Assembly: GCA_030390025.1 (NCBI GenBank)
Contig: CM059432.1
Span: 12,896,001-12,960,000 of the forward strand
Reading direction: 5' to 3'
Origin: Squalus acanthias
Taxonomy: Eukaryota
DNA: 64,000 nucleotides
The translations under genes were made by a program, and so were the position numbers. The number at the start of each line of letters is the position of its first letter. Within the stretch, counting starts at the first letter, position 1. The notes beneath the pieces were generated by a model. The model had not been told where the DNA came from. It searched no databases and saw only the letters and a list, made by a program, of their open reading frames with translations. Shown in pieces: positions 25,377-37,551 of the stretch.

Positions 25377-25380
25377 CTGC

Positions 25381-26363
25381 ATAAGAACATAAGAAATAGA
25401 AGCAGGAGTAGGCCATTTGGCCCTTCGAGCCTGCTCCGCCATTCAATAAGATATGGCTGATCTTCTACCTCATCTCCACTTTCCTGAACTATCCCCATAT
25501 CCCTTGATTCCCTTAATATTCAAAAATCTATCAATCTCTGTCTTGAATATACTCAACGACTGAACCTCCACAGCCCTCTGGGGTACAGAATTCCAAAGAT
25601 TCACCACCCTCTAAGTGAAGAAATTTCTCCTCATCTCAGTCTGAAATGGCCAACCCCTTATTCTGAGACTGACCCCGTGTTCTAGACTCCCCAGCCAGGG
25701 GAAACGTCCTCCCTGCATCTGCCCTGTCAAGCCCTGTAAGAATTTTGTATGTTTCAATGAGATCACCTCTCATTCTTCTAAACTCTAGAGAATATAGGCC
25801 TAGTCTACTCACTGTCTCCTCATAGGGCAATCCCCCCATCCCAGGAATCAGTCTGGTGAACCTTCGCTGCACTCCCTCTATGGCAAGTATATCCTTCCTT
25901 AGTTAAGGAGACCAAAACTGTACACAATATTCCAGGTGTGGTCTCACCAGGGCCCTATATAATTGCAGTAAGACGTCTTTCCTCTTATACTCAAATCCTC
26001 TTGTAATAAAGGCCAACATACCATTTGCTTTCCTAATTGCTTGCTGTACCTACATGTTAACTTTCAGTGATTCATGTACAAGGACACCCAGGTCCCTCTG
26101 AACACCAACATTTCCCAATCTCTCACCATTTAAAAAATACACTGATTTTCTATTTTTCCTACCAAAGTGGATAACTTCACATTTCTCCACATTATGTTCC
26201 ATTTGCCATGTTCTTGCCCACTCACTTAGCCTGTTTATATCCCCTTGAAGCCTCCTTGCAGCCTCCTCACAACTTACATTCCCACCCAGCTTTGTATCAT
26301 CAGCAAACTTGGATATATTACAGTTGGTTCCCTCATCCAAATCATTGATGTAGATTGTGAATA
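25381..26363 (-). mobile_element. CR1 3' portion
   Basis: ISKFADDTKLGG..QRRFTRLIPG with a (ttcttatg) tail. Confidence 0.92.
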
Positions 26364-26940
26364 GCAGTCCCTTGAAGAGGTGAGAATCTATGGATTTTCA
26401 TTTTAAGGTGGTAAGATTTTGACATCTGTTCTCGTATTTTGTAAAAAGGAGCAGGAACAGTATGAAATAATTTTCCAAGCAGCACCCAAGTCTGTCACAC
26501 GCTGTGAACTTTATTTGTTTCTGTTGATGAAGCGAAAGCTTGCAATCAATCTATTGCAGCCTTTTTTACACTCGTACCAGGGCATTCCAATTTCCTTTCA
26601 TTCATAACTTTACAGCAGTTATGCTTGTGTGTAATAGGCTACAATTTTATAGAGGAGGCAAAATGTTTGTTACTTTAACATAAAGCCTTGTTTGAGAATG
26701 TAATAAAAATTAGCAGCATTCAATTAAGTCTTCGCAATGTGATCAACACATTTGCAATCTTATGTTTCAGACTCCATGAGATATTTTTTTGGTAGAAAAT
26801 TCACTTGATCAAACTAAGAGGCAGTGTTGCCATGGTTTCAGTGGCCGGGCTCAGGCTGATTGTGATGACACAATTACCATTCTGTGCATTACACTGCCCA
26901 TGACAACCAGCGGCTGTTAGAACCAGCATCTGGACAAACA

Positions 26941-27374
26941 GAAAGAAAATAAAGAAAGACTTGCTTTATGTAGCGCCTTTCACCGCCACAGGACGTCCCA
27001 AAGCGCTTTAAAGCCAACGAAGTACTTTTGAAGTGTAGTCACTGTTGTAAATGTAGGAAACGCGGCAGCCACTTTGCGCTCATCAAAGTCTCTCAAACTG
27101 CAATGAGATAATGACCAGACAATCTGTTTAACTGATGATGGTTGAGGGATAAATATTGGCCACCACACTGGGGAGAACTCCCTTGCTCTTTTTTGAAATT
27201 GTCCTGGTGGGATCTTTTATATCCACCTGAGAGAGCAGATGGGGCCTCAGTTTAACATGTCATCTGTTCCTAGAGTGTCAGCCTAGATTTTTGTACTCCA
27301 GTGTTGTGGAGTGGGACTATGAACTCACAACCTTCTGACTCAGGGGGTGAGAGTGCTACCAACTGAGCCACGGC
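26941..27374 (-). mobile_element. Deu-domain tRNA SINE
   Basis: Head, core and tail present, with a small internal deletion. Confidence 0.88.
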
Positions 27375-28176
27375 ATTAATATTTGTTGCCGAGGCAAAAG
27401 TGCTTTAAATGCCAGTGTACGCTCGCATCAAGGAAACAGGGACAGGGCAGGAATTAGATTTCATGCCGTCTGTTTGCACTCGTAAGTGAAGAAGTCCTTT
27501 TAGTTTCTTCTTAGCCAGTTTGAGCAACTCTGCTTGGGGCAGGGGGGGTTGGGAGTTGGGAACGTGGGGTATTTTAAGTATTTACAAAATACTAAAATAT
27601 GCCAAATAATAACTACCAGGTGCTCAAGTCAAATATCACTGGAAATGACGGAGCAGCCCAACAGGCCCTGCCTTTTGTTTGATGGCTGATGAAGTGGAGG
27701 TGCTTGGGAGGGGAGTAGCCCTGTGTGCCACTCCAGGTTTGATTCCCAGAGGTTAGCATTGCAGTATATCTGCAAGGAAGAGGGGTCCAAGTTGCAGGCC
27801 ACAGCTGAGTGTTACTGTCTCTCCCCATGCATCTCTATGCAGCAGATTGCATCGAGCTCGCTGCTGACCCAGACTCTGAGGAGACAGTTCTCCACTCTCA
27901 TTTCCAGGTAGACGTCCCTGGGTCCTGGTTGCTGGCACCTTGGTGGGAGCAGGCAATCGGTGTAGGCTAGCTGTTAATGACCGTAACTTGGCTCCTTTGG
28001 TGGAGTTCCACGGAAAGCATGACTTACTCTGCTGGGTGCTTCTCAGGAAACAACCAACATTACAATTAATCAAAAGCAAAACACTGCGGATGCTGGAAGT
28101 CGGAAATAAAAACTGAAAAATGCTGGAAATACTCAGCAGCTCAGGCAGCATCTGTGGAGAGAGAAACAGAGTTAAT

Positions 28177-28951
28177 GGCCAGAATTTTCCCATCAAAAAA
28201 CGGGTGGGTTTGGAGCGTGGGGGCAGTTACATTGTTAAAAGTGGGATTCCCAACTTGATCCCGCCTCCAACCCGCCCACTTCCGGTTTTGCTGGAGGCGG
28301 GACACCAACCCGCTCCCAGGGGGCGTTGCCTCAATTTAAATATTGTAATGAGGCTGGAAGCCTCTATTTTCCCCTCCATTTTGAATTTAACTGCCTGGGG
28401 ACGAGTTTCACACAATTCGTGAAACCCAGCAGCTAAACAGAGGCGGGGGCTGCTGCATCCAGGAGGTAAGTGGCTTTATACCTACCTCCTAGATCCAGGG
28501 TCCTTGCCTGACCCACCCCCAGCGATCGGAGACCCCCACCACGAGGCCTCCGATCGCATTCCCAGGCCTCCCCCCGCCACACCCAGGCCTCCCTCCACCA
28601 CCGATGATGATGAGGCCAGCCACGATCCTCCAGTGACTGGCCCCGATCCTCCGGGCCCCCCCCTGCCGATCCTCCACACCCCCCGATCCCTGGTCAACCC
28701 CCCCCACCGCGATCCCCGACCACTCCCCCGCGATCCCCTACCAACCCCCATCACCTGCCAATCCCCGATCCCCTTCCGATCCTGCAACCGCCCCCGCCGA
28801 TCCTCTCTCCCCCCCTCCCGATTGCCAATCCCCTCCCACCGATCCCCGACCCCCCTCCCGCGATCCCTCCCCCCTCTCAAACGGGCTGGCTACGGGCGGG
28901 AAACCGAGGCCTCACATTTAAATTAGGCCCTTCCCGAGGAAAATTCCAGCC
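28177..28951. mobile_element. Harbinger-type MITE, family D-like
   Basis: TIRs ggccagaattttcc / ggaaaattccagcc with flanks AAT/AAC. The host gagttaacgtttcagg is restored on removal. Internal (ccccgatc)-like repeats. Confidence 0.82.
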
Positions 28952-28961
28952 AACGTTTCAG

Positions 28962-28996
28962 GTTCTGATGAAAGGTCATCGACTTGAAACGTTAAC
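28962..28996 (+). ncRNA. Minimal type I hammerhead ribozyme motif (putative)
   Basis: gtt CTGATGA aaggtc atc gactt GAA ACGT T aac: catalytic core boxes, stem II, palindromic ACGT in place of stem III, and stem I gtt/aac. Confidence 0.55.
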
Positions 28997-30864
28997 TCTG
29001 TTTCTCTCTCTCCACAGATGCTGCCTGACCTGCTGAGCATTTCCAGCATTTTCTGTTTTTATTACAATTAATCATCCATTCACACATATTTCTGAAGCAA
29101 TTTGGTCTGTTGGGCAAGGGCCACTTTTCTTTGGGAATAGCAGCTTCTGAATACCCTAATTGTCTACCGGGATGAGATACGTTGACCTCTGTTTGCAGAT
29201 GCAGGTGGGTGAGGTGAATGGGCACAGAGCATCTCTCCTGCTGCTTAACCCACATGAATCCTTCCATTGTCCCTCTTCACCTTCTCCTTCCCAACTCTTC
29301 AAATAGGGGGATTCACACTGAGAAACCCCCAGCGATACACTGGGGCAAAAAAAAAAGACAAATTAAAATGATAGTACGAAGGGTTACGACAACCTAAGCG
29401 CCAGCGGGGGGGTGGGGGGGGAAGAAAGCAACAAAAACCGTCAAGAAATGGCTGAAAAACCGCAGACTTAATTTACTTATTTGATCCCGTTAGCTCAGCT
29501 ATAGCCACAGTTGGTTCCCTAACACAACGAGCGTCCTTTGGAAACAACACCCTGCACACGCAAAATGGTATGCAGGATGTCAAAGCCTCCAAATAAGTGT
29601 TGAAATGAAGCTTCCACCTGTTTGAGGCAGGCACACGGCCACAGTGCAAAATTGGGTGGAGTTTCAGCAGAACAGATTTACAGTGGTGGCATGGGTAGCC
29701 AGAAGTGGAAAATCCAGGCTCATGTATTGAGCCACAAAACAATGGGAGTCTCTGATGATTAATGTGAAATGTAAGTATAACTGAGAAGACAAGTATGACT
29801 CAAAAAGAGGCCATCTCCTATGAATCAGCTTGTGTCTTAAAGTGTACACTGGAGCATTAACCTCTTGCCCTCCTCTTCCCCCTCCATGCTCTTTGTACTC
29901 TGTTTTGGAAAATAATACGAGAGTGGATAGATCCTTACCATTCCCAGTAAAATGTTTCTGTATGTTTATCTCTGCCTGCTACTGTCACAAAGGCCAGCTG
30001 GCCTGGGGCTCATGAAGCCGCTTATACTTCTGGCTGCTTTGCATCAAAGCCCATTGACACAGGACTGCGGAATTTTTTCTGGGAGCGCTAGCATTTAACA
30101 GCGAGCCATGCTGCAGTCAATCGCTGCGATGTCTGTTTGATCAGGGCTTGTTTGTCAATGCATCTGGACGGAGTCTCAAACAGAAGAAGCTTAGAGAAAA
30201 GTTGGAACTGAGCCTGGCACTGACTGAAAGTGATTTTTCATTCGTTTACTATTTGCGTTTCCAGTACTGAGAAAGCTACCAGTTCCAAACGAGGTCAATA
30301 ACATCTGATCTTTACAGCACTGATGTCTGGTTGAAATACTGGTGCGTAGAGAGAGGATGCACAACAGGGAGTACTGAATTCTAAAAAATAAACCATCACC
30401 CGATGTCTTGCTGCTTGACTTATTTTGTCCACATGACGTGTACTCAAAAATATTTCCCATTTTGTATGAATTCTAGGGTGACTGTATTACAAACAGGCCA
30501 CCTGAATGCAGTGTGAGCAAACGGCTTCTGATCAAAGAAATGTGTTCAAAATGAGAACTTCCTTTTAGCATATTACTGTGGAAACAGAATGAATAGTTTA
30601 TTAAGAACCAATACTGTTTAACAAGTTGGAAGTTTCCTGAAGCCCTGAATGTTTGTTTGTAAAGCGTGTGACTGACTAGAAGGCTCTGTGGAGGTCACCA
30701 GTCAGGGCAAAGGAGTAAGTACTCAGCCAGCCACTTAGCAACAGCACACCTATGCCGAGGAGAAATTAAGACAGAAATGCCTCTATACCATTATGTGGTG
30801 CCTCTTTTGTTTTGAGTACATCATGGTAGGCCTTATTTATCTGTAAGTTTCTTTCATTCTAAGT

Positions 30865-31740
30865 AAAGAACATAGAAACAGGACCAGGCCATTCAGCTTC
30901 TGGAGCCTGTTCCACCATTCATAGAAACATAGAACATAGAGAAATAGGAGCAGGAGTAGGCCATTCGGCCCTTCGAGCCTGCTCCGCCATTCAATATGAT
31001 CATGGCTGATCCTCTATCTCAATACCATATTCCCGCTCTCTCCCCATACCCCTTGATGCCTTTTGTGTCTAGCAATCTATCTATCTCCTTCTTAAATATA
31101 TTCAGTGACTTGGCCTCCACAGCCTTCTGTGGTAGAGAATTCCACAGGTTCACCACCCTCTGAGTGAAGAAATTTCTCCTCATCTCAGTCCTAAATGTCC
31201 TACCCCGTATCCTGAGACTGTGACCCCCTCGTTCTAGACCCCCCCCAGCCAGGGGAAACATCCTCCCTGCATCCAGTCTGTCTAGCCCTGTCAGAATTTT
31301 ATACGTTTCAATGAGATCCCCTCTCATTCTTCTAAACTCTAGTGAACGCAGGCCTAGTCGACCCAATCTCTCCTCATACGACAGTCCTGCAATCCCAGGA
31401 ATCAGTCTGGTGAACCTTCGCTGCACTCCCTCTATGGCAAGTATATCCTTTCTTAGGTAAGGAGACCAAAACTGCAGACAGTACTCCAGGTGTGGTCTCA
31501 CCAAGGCCCTGTATAACTGCAGTAAGACATCCTTGCTCCTGTACTCAAATCCTCTTGCAATGAAGGCCAACATGCCATTTGCCTTCCTAACTGCTTGCTG
31601 CACCTGCATGTTTGCTTTCAATGAGATCCTTGATGTAGTTACCTTGTTTCTCACCCCTTTCCTTCTTAAATAATGGATTGACATTTGCAATTTTCCAATC
31701 CAAAGGCACAATTCCTGAGAGCTTTGCAAAATTGTGACTA
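30865..31740 (-). mobile_element. Cluster of CR1 3' fragments, including a young copy at about 30921-31619
   Basis: ORF 31019..31816 contains an open ORF2 C-terminus, nearly identical to 40744-41455. Confidence 0.9.
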
Positions 31741-32479
31741 CTCCTCGCATATTTCTTTTAATAGGCCTGAAATGACAATGTGTGGAATGACAAGGGAAGA
31801 GCTCAAGCTGCATCATTTTGTTCTTTGCTCACAAACTGCGTATAAAAAAATAAATGTGCAGTGAAACAAGCACTGAACAAAGCTCCAGCTGGCACAGCTA
31901 ACCTGCACTTCATCCAAGCAGCCTATTGTTGGTATCTCCAAGGAAATGCCAAGCCGGCGGGGAGGGGGTGGGGGCGGGGGGTGGGGGAGGGGGGGGTGTG
32001 CGGCTTGGCTTTATGACAAAGGCAATTCAACTTATTTTAGGCAAGAGATTGCTACCTCAGACTGGCATCCCACCTACCAGTCAAATGATCCAGGATTTAC
32101 CTGGACTCTGGCCTAGCAGATCTGATCTAATGCTGCAGAATGCTTTAACACACCCAAACAGCCCCGGATTCATGAAAGATGTCCTGCAACATTACGCGAG
32201 AGACACTGGCTTATAACTATTGAATTGCACGTTGCTGACTACTTTTTTTTTTGGCTGAAAGCAGAACCAGTCCTATTGGCAATCTTCTGAAAGATCCCGG
32301 CCTCGATTTTTTTTTACTCACGGGCGGGCGCGCACCAGACAGCGGGGCCGATTTGAACGGCTGGGCCCCGCTGCCAACTTCCCGACCAAAACAGCCAGGT
32401 GGCGGGAAGCGTCTGCCCCGACTGTGAAAATCGTGCTGGTCGGAGGCAGCCGCCAGGGGACCCGAGGCAACGGTGGAGG

Positions 32480-33020
32480 AGAATCATAGGAACAGGAGGA
32501 GGCCATTCAACACCTCGAGCCTGTGTCTGATCTGTATCCTAACTCCATCCACCCGCCTTGGCTCTATATTCCTAATACTCTGGGCTAGCGAAAATCTATT
32601 GATCTCAGATTGAAAATTATTAATTGAGCTAGCATCTACTTTTTTTTGTGGGAGAGAGTTCCACACTGCTACCACCCTTTGTGTGAAGAAGTGTTTCCTA
32701 ACTTCCCTCTGGGAATGGCCTGGCTCTAATTTTAAGGCTATGTCCCCTTGTCCTTGACTCCCCCACCAGCGGAAAAAATTTCTATCTACCCTATCAATTC
32801 CTTTCAAAATCCTAAAAACCTCAATCAAATCACCCCTCAACCTTCTACAGTCCAGGGAATGCAAGCCTAGTTTATGTAATCTCTCCTAATAATCTAACCC
32901 TTGGAGCCCTGGTAAGGTTCTGGTCAATCTGCGCTACATTCCTTCCCAGGCCAATATATCCGTTCTACGGTGCGGTGCCCAGAACTGGTCACAGTACTCC
33001 AGATGTGGTCTAACCAGGGC
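32480..33020 (-). mobile_element. CR1 3' end
   Basis: RRLRGDLIEVFRIL..KHFFTQRVVAVWNSLP. Confidence 0.85.
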
Positions 33021-33059
33021 TTTGTAGCAAAACTTCCTCCCCTTTATATTCTAGATTAC

Positions 33060-33488
33060 TGGTCGGCTGGGGTGGTGGGGTGGGGGGGGGGGGGGGGGGG
33101 GGCGCGGGGGAATCTCGGAGCAAGGGAGCCCAAGATTTCTTTGTGGGTCCCAGAGGAGCATTCCTTCTCCTCCAGGCCCACAAGGAAACTTAAAAAACCA
33201 AATACATAACGTACTTTACTGGGCCTCTTTTGCCCCTGGCTGCTGTTTCCAGCAGGTTTGGACTTGCAGAGAAGCCACCACTGCTCAGGCCTCAGGTTAA
33301 AATTACTGATCAGGCCCCGATTAAGTCTTTGGAGCCCTGCTGCCTTTGGGTGGGGGTCTTGCTGCCTGCAATTTAAAATTGCAGCCGGTCAGATCGGGGT
33401 GGGAAAGGAGTGGGACAGTCCCCCCCATTTTAACTGCTCCCACCAACCTAGTTTCCATCCAGGTGGAAGGAGTTAAAATTGAGGCCCT
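33060..33488. mobile_element. Partial Harbinger-type MITE (family D-like, inverted)
   Basis: Ends in gttaaaattgaggccc. The body resembles the reverse complement of 4261-4620. Confidence 0.45.
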
Positions 33489-33494
33489 GAAAAA

Positions 33495-34078
33495 TACAGG
33501 GCCTTGGTGAGACCACATCTTGAGTACTGTGCACAGTTTTGGTCTCCTTATCTAAGGAAGGATATATTTGCCTTGGAGGCGGTGCAACCAAGGTTCACTC
33601 GATTGATTCCTGGGATGAGAGGGCTGTCCTATGATGAGAGATTGTGTAGAATGGGCCTATACTCTCTGGAGTTTAGAAGAATGAGAGGTGATCTCATTGA
33701 AACATACAAGATTCTGAAGGGGATTGACAGGATAGATGCTGAGAGGTTGTTTCCCCTGGCTGGAGTGTCTAGAACTAGGGGGGCATAGTCTCAGGATAAA
33801 GGGGTTGGCCATTTAAGATTGAGATGAGGAGGAATTTCTTCACTCAGAGGGTTGTGAATCTTTGGAATTTTCTGCCCCAGAGGGCTGTGAATGCTGAGTC
33901 TTTGAGTATATTCAAGGCTGAGATAGATAGATTTTTGGACTCTAGGGGAATCGAGGGATCTGGAGATCGGGCGGGAAAGTTGAGTTGAGGTCGATGATCA
34001 GCCATGATCTTATTGAATGGCGGAGCAGGCTCGAGGGGCCGTATGGCCTACTCCTGCTCTTACTTCTTATGTTCTTAT
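33495..34078 (+). mobile_element. CR1 3' end
   Basis: [26 protein letters not shown] with tail ttcttatgttcttatg. Confidence 0.92.
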
Positions 34079-34944
34079 GAGATGAAATTCAACTTCATGA
34101 AAAGCAAGGATCTATTGTTTCTCTTCAAAAGAAGAAGCCCGATATTGCCTGCATTAATAATTGGTAACTGCCTGGCAGAATAGTATCTATGATGTTGTTG
34201 GACATCGAAACAACCTGAAATGGGTCCGTCAAAGTGCACATAGGAAAGGCCAGTAAAAAGTTACTTCATTTAATCTGTGTGAAGAAACCGAACCTGCACT
34301 TAGTTGACCTTGTATTGGTTTCCAAATCTGTCATAACTCTTCTTTACCGTACACATGTGTGACAGTATATATAGAATGTAAATATTAAGACGGTAAGCAT
34401 TCATATTTTACAATGTTATGTTTCCACATGCATTAAGAATTAAGTTACAGTAAAAGTATTCTCAGAGAGTAATGAGATAAATGTGATACTTCCCATAATA
34501 ATCTCTTAATATTTTTTAAAGACGTTGATAGCTGCCATAAAGATGAAGGAGAAAAGGTTTGCAGTCAGGTGAATAGTGTGTTTTAATTGCCCTTTGAGCC
34601 AAATTCTCCTCGCCTGCCTTAAAAATGCTCTTCCCCTTTCACTCCGTTGACAGCCACAGTGACTGACATTAGAACAGCTAATTATAGAGTTTCTTTGGCA
34701 AAGTTTGATTGGCAGATGGGACAACAAGATACTTCCTCTAACTTCAGCCAGATTAATCCTAGACAAAAACTAATAAATGTGTGATTGACTTGCTTTCCCT
34801 AGCTACGTTTCTTTGAGCTTGTGGCAATTTTGAGAATATGGCGACTACAATCCTAAATCCTTGGTAACGTGAATAATGAGGATGCTTTAGTTATGTGTTG
34901 AATCTTAGAGCGAGGTAGTGATCCTCCTATTTGTGATACTCTAT

Positions 34945-35320
34945 CTTCTTCTTCTTAGGCAGTCCTTCGGAACCCAGGATGACTCGCTTTCACACTAAAA
35001 ATGAGTTCTCAGGTGACTGATGAGTCCAATGCGGGACCTACAGTCTCTGTCACAGGTGGGGCAGACGGTGGTTGAAGGGGCGGGTGGGTGGGGTGCTTGG
35101 GTTGACGTGCGTTGCTTGCGCTTGGCTTCCGCTTGCTCCTGGCGAAGAGACTCGAGGTGTTCGGCGCCTTCCCGGATGCTTCTCCTCCACTTTGTGCGGT
35201 CTTGGGCCAGGGATTCCCAGGTGTCAGTGGGGATGTTGCACTTTTTCAAGGAGGCTTTGAGGGTGTCCTTGAAGCGTTTCCTCTGCCCACCTGGGGCTCT
35301 CTTGCCGTGCCGGAGCTCCA
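34945..35320 (-). mobile_element. RTE-clade LINE 3' fragment
   Basis: ELRHGKRAPGGQRKRFKDTLK..WESLAQDRTKWR..CPTCDRDCRSRIGLISHLRTH, (AAG)n tail, 9-bp TSD atactctat (34936-34944 and 35321-35329). Confidence 0.92.
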
Positions 35321-37551
35321 ATACTCTATACCTCGTGTACTAAAGCAAGGATTATTTCTGTCTAAGGGCGAGCAAATATCAAATTAAGCAATGTGATTCT
35401 GTGAAAATTATATTGAATACGATATTTTGGTTATGGATGGTAATAAAAAAGCAAATTATCTGGATTGTACACAGAGTGAAATATTTCCTTTTCTTATACC
35501 TCAAAAATTATTTTCATTCATACTGTAATTATGTCAGATGTTCCAGCTGGACTCAGTAATGTGGCAGTCAAGATATGGATATGGGCGGCACAATTGAAGC
35601 CTGCCCAGAACCAGAAACATTAAATGGACCCCAGTATACATGGGTACCAAACACCAACCGAAAACAGAAAATAAATTTGATTCAATTTAAAAGATATTAA
35701 TCTGAATATTAAATGGGGACAGGGCTTACAAGAAACAAATTCTAGTTGAAAAAAGGAATAATTTTCCTAGAAATAACAGACAGAAATTACAATTGAAATA
35801 ACCTATTAATCAAGACTCCCCATTACCATCATAATACCAGAAAACATAAGAACATAAGAACACAAGAAATAGGAGCAGGAGTAGGCCATTTGGCCCCTCG
35901 AGCCTGCTCCGCCATTCAACAAGAGCATGGCTGATCTTCTACCTCAACCCCACTTTCCTGCATTATCCCCATATCCCTTGATTCCCTTAATATCCAAAAA
36001 TCTATCAATCTCTGTCTTGAATATACTCAACGACTGAGCCTCCACAGCTCTCTGGGGTAGAGAATTCCAAAGATTCACCACCCTCTCAGTGAAGAAATTT
36101 CTCCTCATCATAGTTCTAAATGTCCGACCCCTTATTCTGAGACTGTGACCCCTGGTTCTAGACTTCCCAGCCAGGGGAAACATCCTCCCTGCACCTACCC
36201 TGTCAAGCCCTGTAAGAATTTTGTATGTTTCAATGAGATCACCTCTCATTCTTCTAAACTCTAGAGAATATAAGCCTAGCCTACTCAATCTGTCCTAATA
36301 GGACAATCCCCCCATCCCAGGAATCAGTCTGGTGAACCTTCGTTGCACTCCCTCTATGGCAAGTATATCCTTCCTTAGGTAAGGAGACCAAAACTGTACA
36401 CAATACTCCAGGTGCAGTCTCACTGGGGTCCTATATAATTGCAGTAAAACATCTTTACTCTTATACTCAAATCCTCTTGTAATAAAGGCCAACATACTAT
36501 TTGCATGTTAACTTTCAGTGATTCGTGTACACGGGCACCCAGGTCCCTCTGAACACCAACATTTCCCAATCTCTCGCCATTTAAAAAATACTCATGCTTT
36601 CTATTTTTCCTACCAAAGTGGATAACTTCACATTTCACCACGTTATATTCCATTTGCCATGTTCTTGCCCACTCACTTAGCCTGTCTATATCCCCTTGAA
36701 GCCTCTTTGCATCCTCCTCACAACTTACATTCCCACCTAGCTTTGTATCATCAGCAAACTTGGATATATTACATTTGGTCCCCTCATCCAAATCATTGAT
36801 ATAGACTGTGAATAGCTGAGGCCCAAGCACTGATCCTTGTGGTACCCCACTAGTTACAGCCTGCCAACCCAAAAATGAACCGTTTATTCCTACTCTCTGT
36901 TTTCTGTCTGTTAACCAATCCTCAATTCATGCTAGTATATTAATCCAATCCCATGAGCCATAATTTTGTTTAATAACCTTTTGTGTGGCACCTTATCAAA
37001 TGCCTTCTGAAAATCCAAATACACCACATCCACTGGTTCCCCCTTATCTATTCTGCTAGTTACAACCTCAAAAAATTCTAACAAATTCGTCAAACATAAT
37101 TTCCCTTTCATAAATCGGTCATGACTCTGTCCAATCCTATTATTATTTTCTAAGTGCCTTGTTACCACGTCCTTAATAATAGATTCTAGCATTTTCCCTA
37201 CGACTGATGTCAGGCTAACTCGTCTGCAGTTCCCCGTTTTCTCTCTTCCTCCTTTCTTAAATAGTGAGGTTACATTTGCTACCTTCCAATTTGCAGGAAC
37301 CATTCTAGAATCTATGGAATTTTGGAAAATGACAACCAATGCATCCATTATCTCTATAGCCACCTCTTTTAAAACCCTAGGATGTAGGCCATCAGGTCCA
37401 GAGGATTTATTGGCTTTCAGTCCATTAATTTCTCCAGTACTATTTTTTTACTAATACTAATTTCTTTCAGTTCCTCATTCTCGCTAGAGCCTTGGTTTTC
37501 CACTATTTCCGGGAGGGTTTTTGCGTCTTCTTCCGTGAAGACAGACACAAA

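Larger units (their letters stand above)
28073..29062. mobile_element. Penelope-type terminal inverted repeat remnant, split by a MITE
   Basis: The arm aatgctggaaatactcagcagctcaggcagcatctgtggagagagaaacagagttaac and its reverse complement at 28990-29050 flank a CTGATGA..GAAAC motif. Confidence 0.65.

Noticed and set aside
27620..27911. Coding-looking GC-balanced stretch ending CAG|GTAGAC
   Set aside because: No recognisable protein, no good acceptor, and a weak donor. It cannot be supported without transcript data.
28482..28926. Pro-rich and Gly/Arg-rich ORFs
   Set aside because: They arise from the low-complexity ccccgatc repeats inside a MITE.
29473..29742. Minus-strand ORF or exon candidate VLFPKDARCVREPTVAIAELTGSNK
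   Set aside because: Splice signals are weak and I recognise no homology.
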